From Candidatus Altiarchaeota archaeon (GTDB lineage Archaea > Altiarchaeota > Altiarchaeia > IMC4 > SCGC-AAA252-I15), in assembly GCA_043813075.1 (NCBI GenBank), contig JBDRLL010000036.1, forward strand, positions 1 to 64,000: a stretch of DNA of 64,000 nucleotides, in the 5' to 3' direction. Of this stretch, positions 1-8,412 are shown in pieces. Each line of letters opens with the position of its first letter. Within the stretch, counting starts at the first letter, position 1. The notes under the pieces are model-generated. The model worked only from the letters and a program-made list of their open reading frames with translations. It did no database searches and was not told the DNA's origin. A program made the position numbers and the translations under genes.

Positions 1-2
1 GC

Positions 3-557
3 TTGTTTGATTTCACCTCCGGCCAAAGTAATGCTGAGTATCCGGATTGTGATTTTGAGGAGACGCCATTCGCCAATAACGGGCAACTTCAGCAGGCGGG
101 TTTGAGAACGTGCATGGGAGGCGATGATATCGCAAACCTGGGAGTGACAAACTTTGATACTGCAACCATACCAGCTAATGACAGGTTTGAATGCAACCCA
201 CCCGCTAAAGCAAGGAGTGTTTATGTAGTGAAAACCCGTGAGGGAGGGTATGTTAAGGTGTTGGTTACGGCTGTCCACAATATGGATGAGGTAAGCTTCA
301 GATGGATGAATTTGCCGGGTAAATGGAAGACAAAAACAACATTGCAGGGGATAGTGAAGATAGTAGTGGATGATAACACAACTGTGGAATGCAATCTTTC
401 AAAAGGAAAAGAAGTATTATCCACCGAACACGCGCTTGCATACAATAACCTAACCACTTACATGGCTGCAGGAAAGGGAAACACCAGTGAAGCCAAAGCA
501 GCATACAAAAGATACCAAGCCAAAAAAGCCTGCTATGAGCAGGTATTGAATTCCTAA
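3..557 (+). CDS. hypothetical protein, C-terminal part (5' end outside window)
   Basis: Open frame from the window edge to TAA at 557; no recognisable family. Confidence 0.6.
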   Translation: MFDFTSGQSNAEYPDCDFEETPFANNGQLQQAGLRTCMGGDDIANLGVTNFDTATIPANDRFECNPPAKARSVYVVKTREGGYVKVLVTAVHNMDEVSFRWMNLPGKWKTKTTLQGIVKIVVDDNTTVECNLSKGKEVLSTEHALAYNNLTTYMAAGKGNTSEAKAAYKRYQAKKACYEQVLNS

Positions 558-702
558 AAATATCTTTTTAAAGTACAAAAAGAGGATACAACATTACACT
601 ATTTTGCAGTGACTTGAAAATTCACATCTATGCCAAATGTGGGTCTCGAACGATTTGTTCGAAAAAGCATACTTTATATTCCAGATTAGTGAATAGATTA
701 AA

Positions 703-1827
703 ATGAGGAGATTTATTATATTACTCTCTTTTTTGTTTAGTTTATCATCTATTGTTTTTGCTGAGAGTGTCTCTAATTCCTATGGAAGTCCTGGTGATGC
801 ATATCTTGAGTATAGCATCTCAGGTGCCGATTTTTCAGGAGACGATGATGGCCCGCCAAACCATGAGGGCGTATACACTGGCGGCACGGTAATATTACAG
901 GGGTTGATGAGTGTGGATCGCACAGGTGGAACTGTCTCCTATGTCACTATGGATGCTAGGCTCGGCGACGATTTTGCCCACTGGCCTAAGGAAGGTATGG
1001 ACAACAAAGTTGAAGGCAATAAGGTTGAGATGCCTTTCTTACTGTCATATACCCCAAACTCCGAAGAAAAATCCATATCCGGTCAGGTTAAGCTTGAGGT
1101 TTGCGGCGGAGTGTGCGGAGTATACAATGTTAAAATCAATATAATTATGCCTGACAAAGGAGAAAAAGAACAGCTGTTGAAGGATATAACTAAGGACATA
1201 GATGATAAAATGACGGTAACATTTATTCGAGGAGATATTAGCCTATCAAGAAATAGGGAAAGTAGTTGGATACCTCTGGACAAAAATACTCCTGCTGAAT
1301 TGAAAGTATATGATATTATAAAAACCGGAGAAAATAGTCGGGCTTTAATAAAGTATCCTGATGGAGCGATTTTCAAAGTTAAATCAGATACTCATCTAAC
1401 AATACTCCCAGACGGCTTACAATTAAGTGGGGGCGACGTTTGGATAAACATAGTGAAACAGGATAAAGTATTTAAGGTAATAACAGACCCAGGATATGGT
1501 GGAGTTTTAGGCACACAATTTATCGCCAGTCAAAAAACAAACGGAGATGCTGAATATAAATTGATTGATGGAAAAATATCCGTGACAATCAATAAAACCT
1601 TGGAGCAGATAACGTTAAATCCAGGAGAGATGATAAGCGTCCAAGCCAACGTCGAATACCAAAAAACCGGGTTTGATGTAAAAGATGAAATAAAAAAGAT
1701 TAACCAAGAGAACGAAGAAGATGAACAAATACTCTCACAATCAAAAAAGAACATGTGTTTTTGCATCCCAGCACTGCCAATGATACTAACCCTACTCGGA
1801 GCAGGAATAACAAAGCAACTAATCTAG
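703..1827 (+). CDS. secreted FecR-domain protein with C-terminal membrane anchor
   Basis: Signal peptide; FecR-like segment (DIIKTGENSRALIKYPDG...GVLGTQF...LNPGEM); C-terminal CFCIP plus hydrophobic helix. Confidence 0.7.
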   Translation: MRRFIILLSFLFSLSSIVFAESVSNSYGSPGDAYLEYSISGADFSGDDDGPPNHEGVYTGGTVILQGLMSVDRTGGTVSYVTMDARLGDDFAHWPKEGMDNKVEGNKVEMPFLLSYTPNSEEKSISGQVKLEVCGGVCGVYNVKINIIMPDKGEKEQLLKDITKDIDDKMTVTFIRGDISLSRNRESSWIPLDKNTPAELKVYDIIKTGENSRALIKYPDGAIFKVKSDTHLTILPDGLQLSGGDVWINIVKQDKVFKVITDPGYGGVLGTQFIASQKTNGDAEYKLIDGKISVTINKTLEQITLNPGEMISVQANVEYQKTGFDVKDEIKKINQENEEDEQILSQSKKNMCFCIPALPMILTLLGAGITKQLI

Positions 1828-1843
1828 TTACAAAAAGTAATCT

Positions 1844-2079
1844 TGCCGAAGGCGTGACTTGAACACGCGACTTCCAGATAACTCAGCACAAGCTTTTACC
1901 GTCCCATTGGTCGGGTAAAACCTTGACCCAAATTGTGTTATCCTGAAGCTCCTAGCCGTGGTGGTATCCACGCCACAAAGCCATCGAGTCCGTTAGGACG
2001 AAGATGGCTTCTTTGATGAATCTTTAATAAAGATTCTGCTTATGAGTCTGGCGCTCTAACCAATCTGAGCTACTTCGGC
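1844..2079 (-). tRNA. tRNA-Met(CAT), elongator type, with 161-nt intron (1880-2040)
   Basis: Acceptor stem GCCGAAG/CTTCGGC, anticodon arm CCAGA-CT-CAT-A^A-TCTGG, T-loop GTTCAAGT; BHB central helix CTCA/TGAG; G1-C72 argues against initiator. Confidence 0.92.
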
Positions 2080-2159
2080 ATCCGAACGAATGTGGGGATG
2101 GCGAAGCTCAGAAACCGTAGGTTTCTGTGTGCTTCGGCCGAAGCCTGGTTGGCTTCGGC
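2080..2159. repeat. 80-bp palindrome-rich segment in the tRNA-Met leader
   Basis: Hairpins CAGAAACC-GTA-GGTTTCTG and GCCGAAGCC-TGGTT-GGCTTCGGC; extra copies of the first 7 nt of the tRNA. Confidence 0.6.
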
Positions 2160-2194
2160 GTTTTTGAGTGTTTTTATTATGTTTTTCGTGTTTT

Positions 2195-2929
2195 TTAATC
2201 TGCTGGTTTTTTGACTGGTGTTCGGGTGACAGTCCATAGTACTTGTCCGTCGGGTTTTTCGGTTTTTCGGGCTGTTATCTCGTGTTTTTCGTCTAGTTCC
2301 CCGGTTTGGCGTAGTTCTTCCTGTGTTTTGCTTATCCGGTCGTAGAATATGACTTGGAGGGATAGGTAGTCTCGTGGTCTCTTGTCTGTCCGTGTTTTCT
2401 CCGCCTCCGTGAGTTTCTCAGGTATCTGGACGGCGTATCCTGCGGCCGCGAGGTGTGTTGCTGCGGTGGCTATGCATGCTGGGAAGTAGCCTCCTGAGAG
2501 GGTTATTTCGCCTCCTGGGGCGACCCTCTTCCGTATTTCACGTACTATGGTCCGGTATGGGTCTGCCGTGTCTCTGACGTATTTGACGCCGTCTTTGCGT
2601 TGTAGGAGGGGGTGTGTTTTCCTGGATCTGCGGCTGTGGGAGTCTATCACCGGGTCCCCTGCATCCAGGAATCGGGTGGTTTCGCCCGCTATTTCGCCTG
2701 CCAGCTCGTCGACTTCACCCACCCTCGTCCGGTAGGCTTCCCTTGCTTCCGGCGGCGTCAGGTCCACTAGTTCTTTCACCAGCTGGGCGTCTGACTTCTC
2801 CCGCTGGCGGGATTGGTCTAGGATTCTCTGGACACGGACCTGGTCCGGAACCCGGTTGGTGTCTTCCATGATCTCGTAGAGGTTGACTGAGAGCGGCCCG
2901 AAGTCTCTGGAGCCTGCGTCTATCCGCAC
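2195..2929 (-). CDS. hypothetical protein, possible remote cysteine hydrolase (isochorismatase-like)
   Basis: 244-aa ORF; ITLSGGYFPACIATAATHLAAAGYAVQI resembles the catalytic-Cys region of the family. Confidence 0.45.
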   Translation of the reverse strand: MRIDAGSRDFGPLSVNLYEIMEDTNRVPDQVRVQRILDQSRQREKSDAQLVKELVDLTPPEAREAYRTRVGEVDELAGEIAGETTRFLDAGDPVIDSHSRRSRKTHPLLQRKDGVKYVRDTADPYRTIVREIRKRVAPGGEITLSGGYFPACIATAATHLAAAGYAVQIPEKLTEAEKTRTDKRPRDYLSLQVIFYDRISKTQEELRQTGELDEKHEITARKTEKPDGQVLWTVTRTPVKKPAD

Positions 2930-3003
2930 TAGAGCCCTCTGCCTAAGGTTTTGCTTGATTTTAACCGCCTCCGGGTTTTATTATAGCCAGTCCTTTAATT
3001 AAT

Positions 3004-4026
3004 ATGCGTCGCCACCGGTTCATTGTATTGTTTTTTTTCGGCGTACTGATAGTCATGAGCCTTGTTTTGTGGGTCGGATTCTGGGAGGTCCTGCGGGATC
3101 TCGCGTTCATGAACCTCAAGTACTTCATGATACTATTGTGCATCCAGTTTGTTATGATGTTCCTCTGGGCAGTCAAGTGGAGTATCGTGCTGCGGCATAG
3201 TAAGGCTTCTTTCCGCAAGATCCTGCCAGTCTCCTTCGTCGGGTATCTCATCAACAACCTGACGCCCATCTCAATGGCGGGGGGTGAGCCGATTAGAGCC
3301 TACCTGTTGAGTAGGGTGGACGACATCTCCACTGAGGATTCCGCAGCCAGCGTTATAGTCGACTTGTTCCTCGAGGTCTTCCCCCTCCTCGGGCTCGTGC
3401 TCCTAGGCATAGGATTGTCTTTCATGTACAACGTCAGTGTCGGAGTCGCCCTCCTGCTGGGTGTCGCAGGATTGTTCATACTATTCGTGTCCGCAGTCAT
3501 CATGACTCTTTTCGTGAACGAGAGGATTTCCTTGAGGATGATTGAAGTCACCCTAGGCCTTATCGAGAGGATTCCCGTAGGCTTCCTGAGGGACCATGCG
3601 AAGGACGCTAAAACCAGGATAGACGACATAATAGGCAACTTCATGTCCAGCATGAGGAAGACCATGATGGACTGGAGGATAATAACCGTCGGAGTGCTCG
3701 TCTCAACACTCAACCAGATGCTCTGGATATTCCGCATGTACATCATCTTCAACATGATGATGGGTTTGAACCTCCCCTGGGATGTCGTATTGATAGGCAG
3801 GATAACGGTTGCCGCCGCATCCTTCGCCAGCATAATCCCCGGCGGCCTCGGAATCTGGGAGGGCGTCGGAACCTGGGTCTACAGCATGTTCGGGGTCGCA
3901 GCCTCCTCCGCCATGGCCGCGAACCTTGTGGAGAGGCTTTTCAGCTACTGGATAGGCTCGGCCATAGGCTTGGCTGCAGCAGCCTATCTCGGCGTAACAG
4001 AATACATCAAGAGATACTTGGACTAG
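3004..4026 (+). CDS. flippase-like membrane protein (UPF0104 / lysylphosphatidylglycerol synthase TM family)
   Basis: NNLTPISMAGGEPIRAYLL and IPGGLGIWEG motifs; multiple TM helices. Confidence 0.85.
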   Translation: MRRHRFIVLFFFGVLIVMSLVLWVGFWEVLRDLAFMNLKYFMILLCIQFVMMFLWAVKWSIVLRHSKASFRKILPVSFVGYLINNLTPISMAGGEPIRAYLLSRVDDISTEDSAASVIVDLFLEVFPLLGLVLLGIGLSFMYNVSVGVALLLGVAGLFILFVSAVIMTLFVNERISLRMIEVTLGLIERIPVGFLRDHAKDAKTRIDDIIGNFMSSMRKTMMDWRIITVGVLVSTLNQMLWIFRMYIIFNMMMGLNLPWDVVLIGRITVAAASFASIIPGGLGIWEGVGTWVYSMFGVAASSAMAANLVERLFSYWIGSAIGLAAAAYLGVTEYIKRYLD

Positions 4027-4079
4027 GAGGGGGTTATTTTTATTGATTAAACCACATATTATCTATCCTATTTCAAGAC

Positions 4080-4204
4080 CCCGTCTTAGCGTAGTTTGGT
4101 TTAACGCGGCCGCCTGTAGTTTGGTTTAAAGCCCTTTTTCACAGGGTTTTGCGGCTGTATGAGCAGCTAGCGGCAGATCTCCGGTTCAAATCCGGAAGAC
4201 GGGA
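4080..4204 (+). tRNA. tRNA-Tyr(GTA) with 49-nt intron (4120-4168)
   Basis: Acceptor CCCGTCT/AGACGGG (C1-G72, archaeal/eukaryal Tyr identity), anticodon arm GCCGC-CT-GTA-G^A-GCGGC, T-loop GTTCAAAT; BHB helix CTGT/GCAG. Confidence 0.92.
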
Positions 4205-4242
4205 AACACCCTTTTTTACCTGGTTTTCAGTAATATTCTTTC

Positions 4243-4452
4243 ATGAGCGAAGGCAATGGCGGTGGCTCCACCATAATCCAGTTTTCCGCAGGATCAGTGC
4301 TGGCGATAGTCATATCCTACATGGACAACCACTCGATAGTCTGGGCCCTGATACACGGCATAATGGGCTGGCTCTTCGTCCTATACAAGATTGCGGTGGT
4401 CATGGGGTGGGTGGGCGGCATAGACTGGATGGGGATCTACAACTTCCCGTAA
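4243..4452 (+). CDS. small membrane protein
   Basis: 69 aa, two hydrophobic segments (GSVLAIVISY...WALIHGIMGWLFVLY). Confidence 0.6.
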   Translation: MSEGNGGGSTIIQFSAGSVLAIVISYMDNHSIVWALIHGIMGWLFVLYKIAVVMGWVGGIDWMGIYNFP

Positions 4453-5327
4453 CCCGACTTCCCGGAATCAGATAGGCGGACTAGAATCTCCTGCTCCAAC
4501 GCAAGGCACTTGTTCCTCATGCACGGGAGATAGCATCTCTCATACATCTTCAAGCCAGTCCTCGCGTGAGCCAGAGCAGACTCATAATCACCTGCCGCAA
4601 GATAGTCGTCTGCAGCATAACACTGCTGGTTAGCGGCCTCCTCCCAGTACGGGGGGCATCCCCTGTTCTCCACGATCGTCTTGTTCAACGCCTTGTCAAC
4701 GTACTCCACATCCCCCGACGAATTCAACCGCACATAGATGCTGCGCGAGAGCTCGAGGAAAGCCTGAGACAAGACAGGGTCATCAACCGAGAAAGACTTG
4801 TCGAAGAACCGGGCAGCCCAACATGAGTCAGGGCAGATGTCTTCAGTGGGCTCGTAGACGCTATCGTTTGAGACAGCAAGCCAATAGCAGACTGCCATAT
4901 AAGGGACGTCACGCATCACGTCACAGACGCTGGAGTCATTGAAGGCATACGCAATCCGGGAGAGACAAGTATGCCTCAAATCGAAAGAAGAGATGTTCAT
5001 ACAGTATGTGGCGTTGAACTCATTCAGAGCGAACCGCATGTTACAGGAATCCCTCGCACCCCCACCCCCAATCATGGAGCAGAAGCTCCCAGAACCCTCA
5101 TCAACAGCCAAAAGAAGATAACAATTGTCACGGCCAGCGCCAGCAGGATAAGACCCGCAACCACCCCCACCCGGCAGAGAGGATGATGTGGGAGCCATTG
5201 TAGTGGACTGGAGGGTGGAGGATGAAACCACAACCCCCAAAGGCAATGTCGTCGCAGAAGACCCGTCCAAACCACCCAAACACCCTGAAAACACCGAAAA
5301 AACCAGAAACAAACCCACAAAACGCAT
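4437..5327 (-). CDS. Cys-repeat lipoprotein
   Basis: Lipobox FSGC; Ser/Thr linker; repeats of the type C-x-I...RD-x-C-Y-x3-A. Confidence 0.7.
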   Translation of the reverse strand: MRFVGLFLVFSVFSGCLGGLDGSSATTLPLGVVVSSSTLQSTTMAPTSSSLPGGGGCGSYPAGAGRDNCYLLLAVDEGSGSFCSMIGGGGARDSCNMRFALNEFNATYCMNISSFDLRHTCLSRIAYAFNDSSVCDVMRDVPYMAVCYWLAVSNDSVYEPTEDICPDSCWAARFFDKSFSVDDPVLSQAFLELSRSIYVRLNSSGDVEYVDKALNKTIVENRGCPPYWEEAANQQCYAADDYLAAGDYESALAHARTGLKMYERCYLPCMRNKCLALEQEILVRLSDSGKSGYGKL

Positions 5328-5441
5328 AGAAGAATATTAAAACAACCAAAACTAAAAACACGAAAAAACAGGGAAAACACCCCCAGCAAAACCTATTTAA
5401 ACCCTAAAGCAGTATAATAAAAAACCCACAAAATCCCACAC

Positions 5442-5603
5442 GCCCCGGTAGTGTAGCGGACTATCATGCGAGACTGTCGGAAACTTTAATAAAGTTTCAT
5501 CAAAAAGGCCATCCTCGCCCCAAAAGGGCTCGATGACCTAACGATGCAAGCCAGTTAAGTTTGCGGAAATCTCGCGACCCGGATTCGAATTCCGGCCGGG
5601 GCG
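5442..5603 (+). tRNA. tRNA-Asp(GTC) with 89-nt intron (5480-5568)
   Basis: Acceptor GCCCCGG/CCGGGGC with G discriminator, anticodon arm CGAGA-CT-GTC-G^A-TCTCG, T-loop TTCGAAT; BHB helix CTGT/GCGG. Confidence 0.92.
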
Positions 5604-5693
5604 TCGAACCCTAAAATTTCTATTGTTTTAGCTTCTGGAGGATTATTATTTCGGGGGCATGATTTTCATTTGATTTGGGAATTCGAATTCTAG

Positions 5694-5712
5694 TTTTTCC
5701 TTAGCTCCAGAC
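5694..5712 (+). repeat. 19-bp direct repeat, copy 1
   Basis: TTTTTCCTTAGCTCCAGAC, identical to 8216-8234. Confidence 0.9.
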
Positions 5713-5743
5713 GGTCTTTCCTTAATCTGCAAGACACGTCTTC

Positions 5744-8122
5744 TTAATCTCTGTCGAGGAATCCTATGTCGAGGGCCCTGCGGAATGCCTCTTCTTGCTC
5801 TGGCCCTGGAGTGTACAATAATTTATCATCAGCGCTTGCGACTATCCAGTCCCTGTCCAAGCTGAATGTCGACATGCCAAGACCGAATCCTCCACCACGG
5901 CCGACTAGTACGTTTCCTGGCCCGAATGGACGGTAGAACCTTCCGATGACTTCCCGGATACCTGTTACTGATTGCTGCTGTGTGAGCCCCGGTATCGTGT
6001 CCGTATTGACTGTGATAGTCTCGTCGTCTCCAGGAGGCTTTGCGTCAGGCCCTTCTGTCCCGTCCGCCACCTTGTATGTTGGATCCGCATGGTAGTGGCC
6101 ACCGTCTGTAACAAATTTGACAGGAAATCTTTCCCGTCCCCTTGGATGCACTGAGACCTGCTCTATCCCCAAGTCATCCATGGGTGTTGATGCTGCATAG
6201 AACTGGAAGTCCGTCACCTTTCCTTTGCCGTCACTCACATAGCAGGTGCAGCCACCGCGCATGAGATTAGTACGCACGTAGTGTGTCGGATCAGGGCCAA
6301 CACCCATGCCTGAGAATCTGATATTCCCGTCCTGCTGAGCGTCTACCTGCAGTCCAAGGCCGTAGCTTTCCGGACTCAATGGGCGGAGGATGATTCCTCG
6401 CCTTCGTCCTGAAAGTACTTCCTCCGCATACTCTCTCGAGGCCGCGAGAACCCCCATGCGCTGATATAATTCGAATCCCATAGTGTATGGCCTGTTTAGG
6501 CGGCCTCGTGTGCGGTCAGCATGGCTTTTCTCATACCATTGGTCTGGAGGGTATGGTGCCCTGTATCCTAATGGTTGATTGTCTACTGCAAGGTCTGGCG
6601 GATACGCTGCCGGCAATCTGAGATTTTCGGGCAGCAGCCTGTTGACTGCAGCATCCGGGTGTTGACCGTATTCGTTCTCATTCCAGTGTAATGCGGGATT
6701 CAATGGTTCGCCGACAATCCCTTCTTTTACAACATCAGGCCTTTGGGCTTCTGGGACTGGCCCTATGTCCCTGAATAGTGGGGCGAAAATCCTGGATACG
6801 CCCTCGGTCTCCTGCATCTCCCGGTACATTCCGGCTCTTGCCTGTGCAGTATCCCTTAGAAAACCACCGAGCTCACTGTCTCCACTAAGCTCAAGGTATG
6901 CACCACCTGGTTCATTGCGTGTTACCTGGACTAGTTCATCTCTTGCAGATGCGATATCGACTTTATACCATGTCCCGTCTGGCTGCGTGATTACTACCTG
7001 TCCTGTATCTTTTCCTGTGATACAGTATCGTATCCTCGATTCTTCCATCTCGTCCCCGACAGGAACCGTGAACTCTCCTACCTTCCTGGATGAGAACGGC
7101 ATGACGATTCTGACTCCCGTGAAATATGTGTCATCCTTACTTGTCCCATGCCGTTCGTATCGCGTGAAAGAGAAGCCGCGTTCGGTCATCTCCGCCCTCA
7201 TCGACTCGTTCGGCCCATTCGACTCACAACCGACTGAAAGCACGGCATCCGCATCATCAGCGTCGAAAGGCGTTAGCGTCAGCACATCTGTATATACTCC
7301 ACTGCCCATATTGCGTTTAACGAATCGTGCCGTGAAAGTCGGCTTCTCAGCATCTTCAGCTGTCTTTCCATGGACAGTGATCCTTACACCCCCCTTCTCA
7401 ACCAGCCCTTTGACGCGCGCAGAAAACTCCGCATCCTGTCCGTCATCAGGTGCCATAACGCTTGCCGCCGCAGCCGGCATGCTAGAATCTTCAAACGATG
7501 GCCTTCTAGAATCGACTCGTATCATGTCTGCTGTCACGGGAATTTCCATAGCATCCCCAGGTATCTTGTAGGGTCCGGTTTCCCCGATTCTCGGCTGCCT
7601 GTCGACGATACATGTCATCTGGTCGACCCCATCTTCGCTGAAACGTCCAGCCATCCCACCCCGTTTGACGATCATCTCTTCCTGCTGGGGGATATACTGT
7701 ACGTCAGCAGGATGGCCGACCTTTGACTCTAGGCTGACTCTCGAAAGCTCTCCCCTGACCACTGGCACGTAGAATATCCCTTGCCTGCCATCGACCTTTC
7801 CGACCGGAGCAATCCTTGCGCTTTCTGGATCATGGATATCCCTTATAGGATAGGTTGCATACGGGTCCTCACCATCCACGCAAGTGACGCCCATTGCACG
7901 CATCACTGCCTGATCGTATCCTAGGACTGTCGGCTTCATCTGTGTCTGTCTTGGCGATGGGAGATTGCCGGCAGGCCATCCAGTCCACTGTGCACGGGAA
8001 TGTCTCACATCATCTTCAGAAAGCTCGATAACACGTAAAACATCTTCAGGAGGCTTTTCAGGCTGCCTTTCAGGCTGTTGTTCAGGATCTTGTCTCCTCC
8101 AAAACCTGCGGAAAAAAGCCAT
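5744..8122 (-). CDS. large hypothetical protein (~792 aa)
   Basis: Long ORF; ATG at 8122 (MAFFRRFW) preferred because the upstream extension runs through repeat DNA. Confidence 0.7.
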   Translation of the reverse strand: MAFFRRFWRRQDPEQQPERQPEKPPEDVLRVIELSEDDVRHSRAQWTGWPAGNLPSPRQTQMKPTVLGYDQAVMRAMGVTCVDGEDPYATYPIRDIHDPESARIAPVGKVDGRQGIFYVPVVRGELSRVSLESKVGHPADVQYIPQQEEMIVKRGGMAGRFSEDGVDQMTCIVDRQPRIGETGPYKIPGDAMEIPVTADMIRVDSRRPSFEDSSMPAAAASVMAPDDGQDAEFSARVKGLVEKGGVRITVHGKTAEDAEKPTFTARFVKRNMGSGVYTDVLTLTPFDADDADAVLSVGCESNGPNESMRAEMTERGFSFTRYERHGTSKDDTYFTGVRIVMPFSSRKVGEFTVPVGDEMEESRIRYCITGKDTGQVVITQPDGTWYKVDIASARDELVQVTRNEPGGAYLELSGDSELGGFLRDTAQARAGMYREMQETEGVSRIFAPLFRDIGPVPEAQRPDVVKEGIVGEPLNPALHWNENEYGQHPDAAVNRLLPENLRLPAAYPPDLAVDNQPLGYRAPYPPDQWYEKSHADRTRGRLNRPYTMGFELYQRMGVLAASREYAEEVLSGRRRGIILRPLSPESYGLGLQVDAQQDGNIRFSGMGVGPDPTHYVRTNLMRGGCTCYVSDGKGKVTDFQFYAASTPMDDLGIEQVSVHPRGRERFPVKFVTDGGHYHADPTYKVADGTEGPDAKPPGDDETITVNTDTIPGLTQQQSVTGIREVIGRFYRPFGPGNVLVGRGGGFGLGMSTFSLDRDWIVASADDKLLYTPGPEQEEAFRRALDIGFLDRD

Positions 8123-8215
8123 TATACAAAATCTACGAAATCCAGGGTAATAAATCGTACTTTTTGTTCGCTTTAGGCTTAATCCTAGCGTGTAAAGCGA
8201 AAAACACGGGGTTAT

Positions 8216-8234
8216 TTTTTCCTTAGCTCCAGAC
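8216..8234 (+). repeat. 19-bp direct repeat, copy 2
   Basis: TTTTTCCTTAGCTCCAGAC. Confidence 0.9.
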
Positions 8235-8326
8235 AGTTCTGTTTTATGTATTTGTTGCCTAAAAAGAAAAATAGGATCTTCATCCTGATTCACATATTTT
8301 TGGGATATTAATAACAATATCTTATC

Positions 8327-8363
8327 GAGAAAGGAACCCTGCGTGTTTAGCGCGGCCGGGGCG
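8327..8363 (+). repeat. att-like repeat R1 (arm + tRNA-Asp 3' end)
   Basis: GAGAAAGGAACCCTGCGTGTTTAGCGCGGCCGGGGCG; ends in CGGCCGGGGCG as the tRNA does. Confidence 0.85.
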
Positions 8364-8412
8364 AGCCATAGCGGCTCATATTGTTTTATAGTCTTCTGTT
8401 TAATTGTTGACT

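Noticed and set aside
646-662. TCGAAC-N5-GTTCGA palindrome
   Set aside because: Single short occurrence, within chance expectation
1981-2010. Hammerhead ribozyme (GAGTCC-GTTA-GGACGAA resembles stem II)
   Set aside because: CUGANGA is absent before the stem (CCATCGA), GAAA is GAAG, and the flanks pair with each other as a simple hairpin
1880-2040. Box C/D guide RNA in the tRNA-Met intron
   Set aside because: A CTGA lies near the 3' end but overlaps the BHB helix; there is no RTGATGA box C on the sense strand
4149-4475. 108-aa ORF
   Set aside because: It overlaps tRNA-Tyr and the better 69-aa ORF
6765-7571. 268-aa ORF and the many similar antisense ORFs in the track
   Set aside because: They are shadows of longer genes on the opposite strand, typically with Ser-rich composition
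8123-8317. 65-aa N-terminal extension of the 857-aa ORF
   Set aside because: It runs through AT-rich repeat and promoter-like DNA from a non-ATG start; ATG 8122 is more plausible
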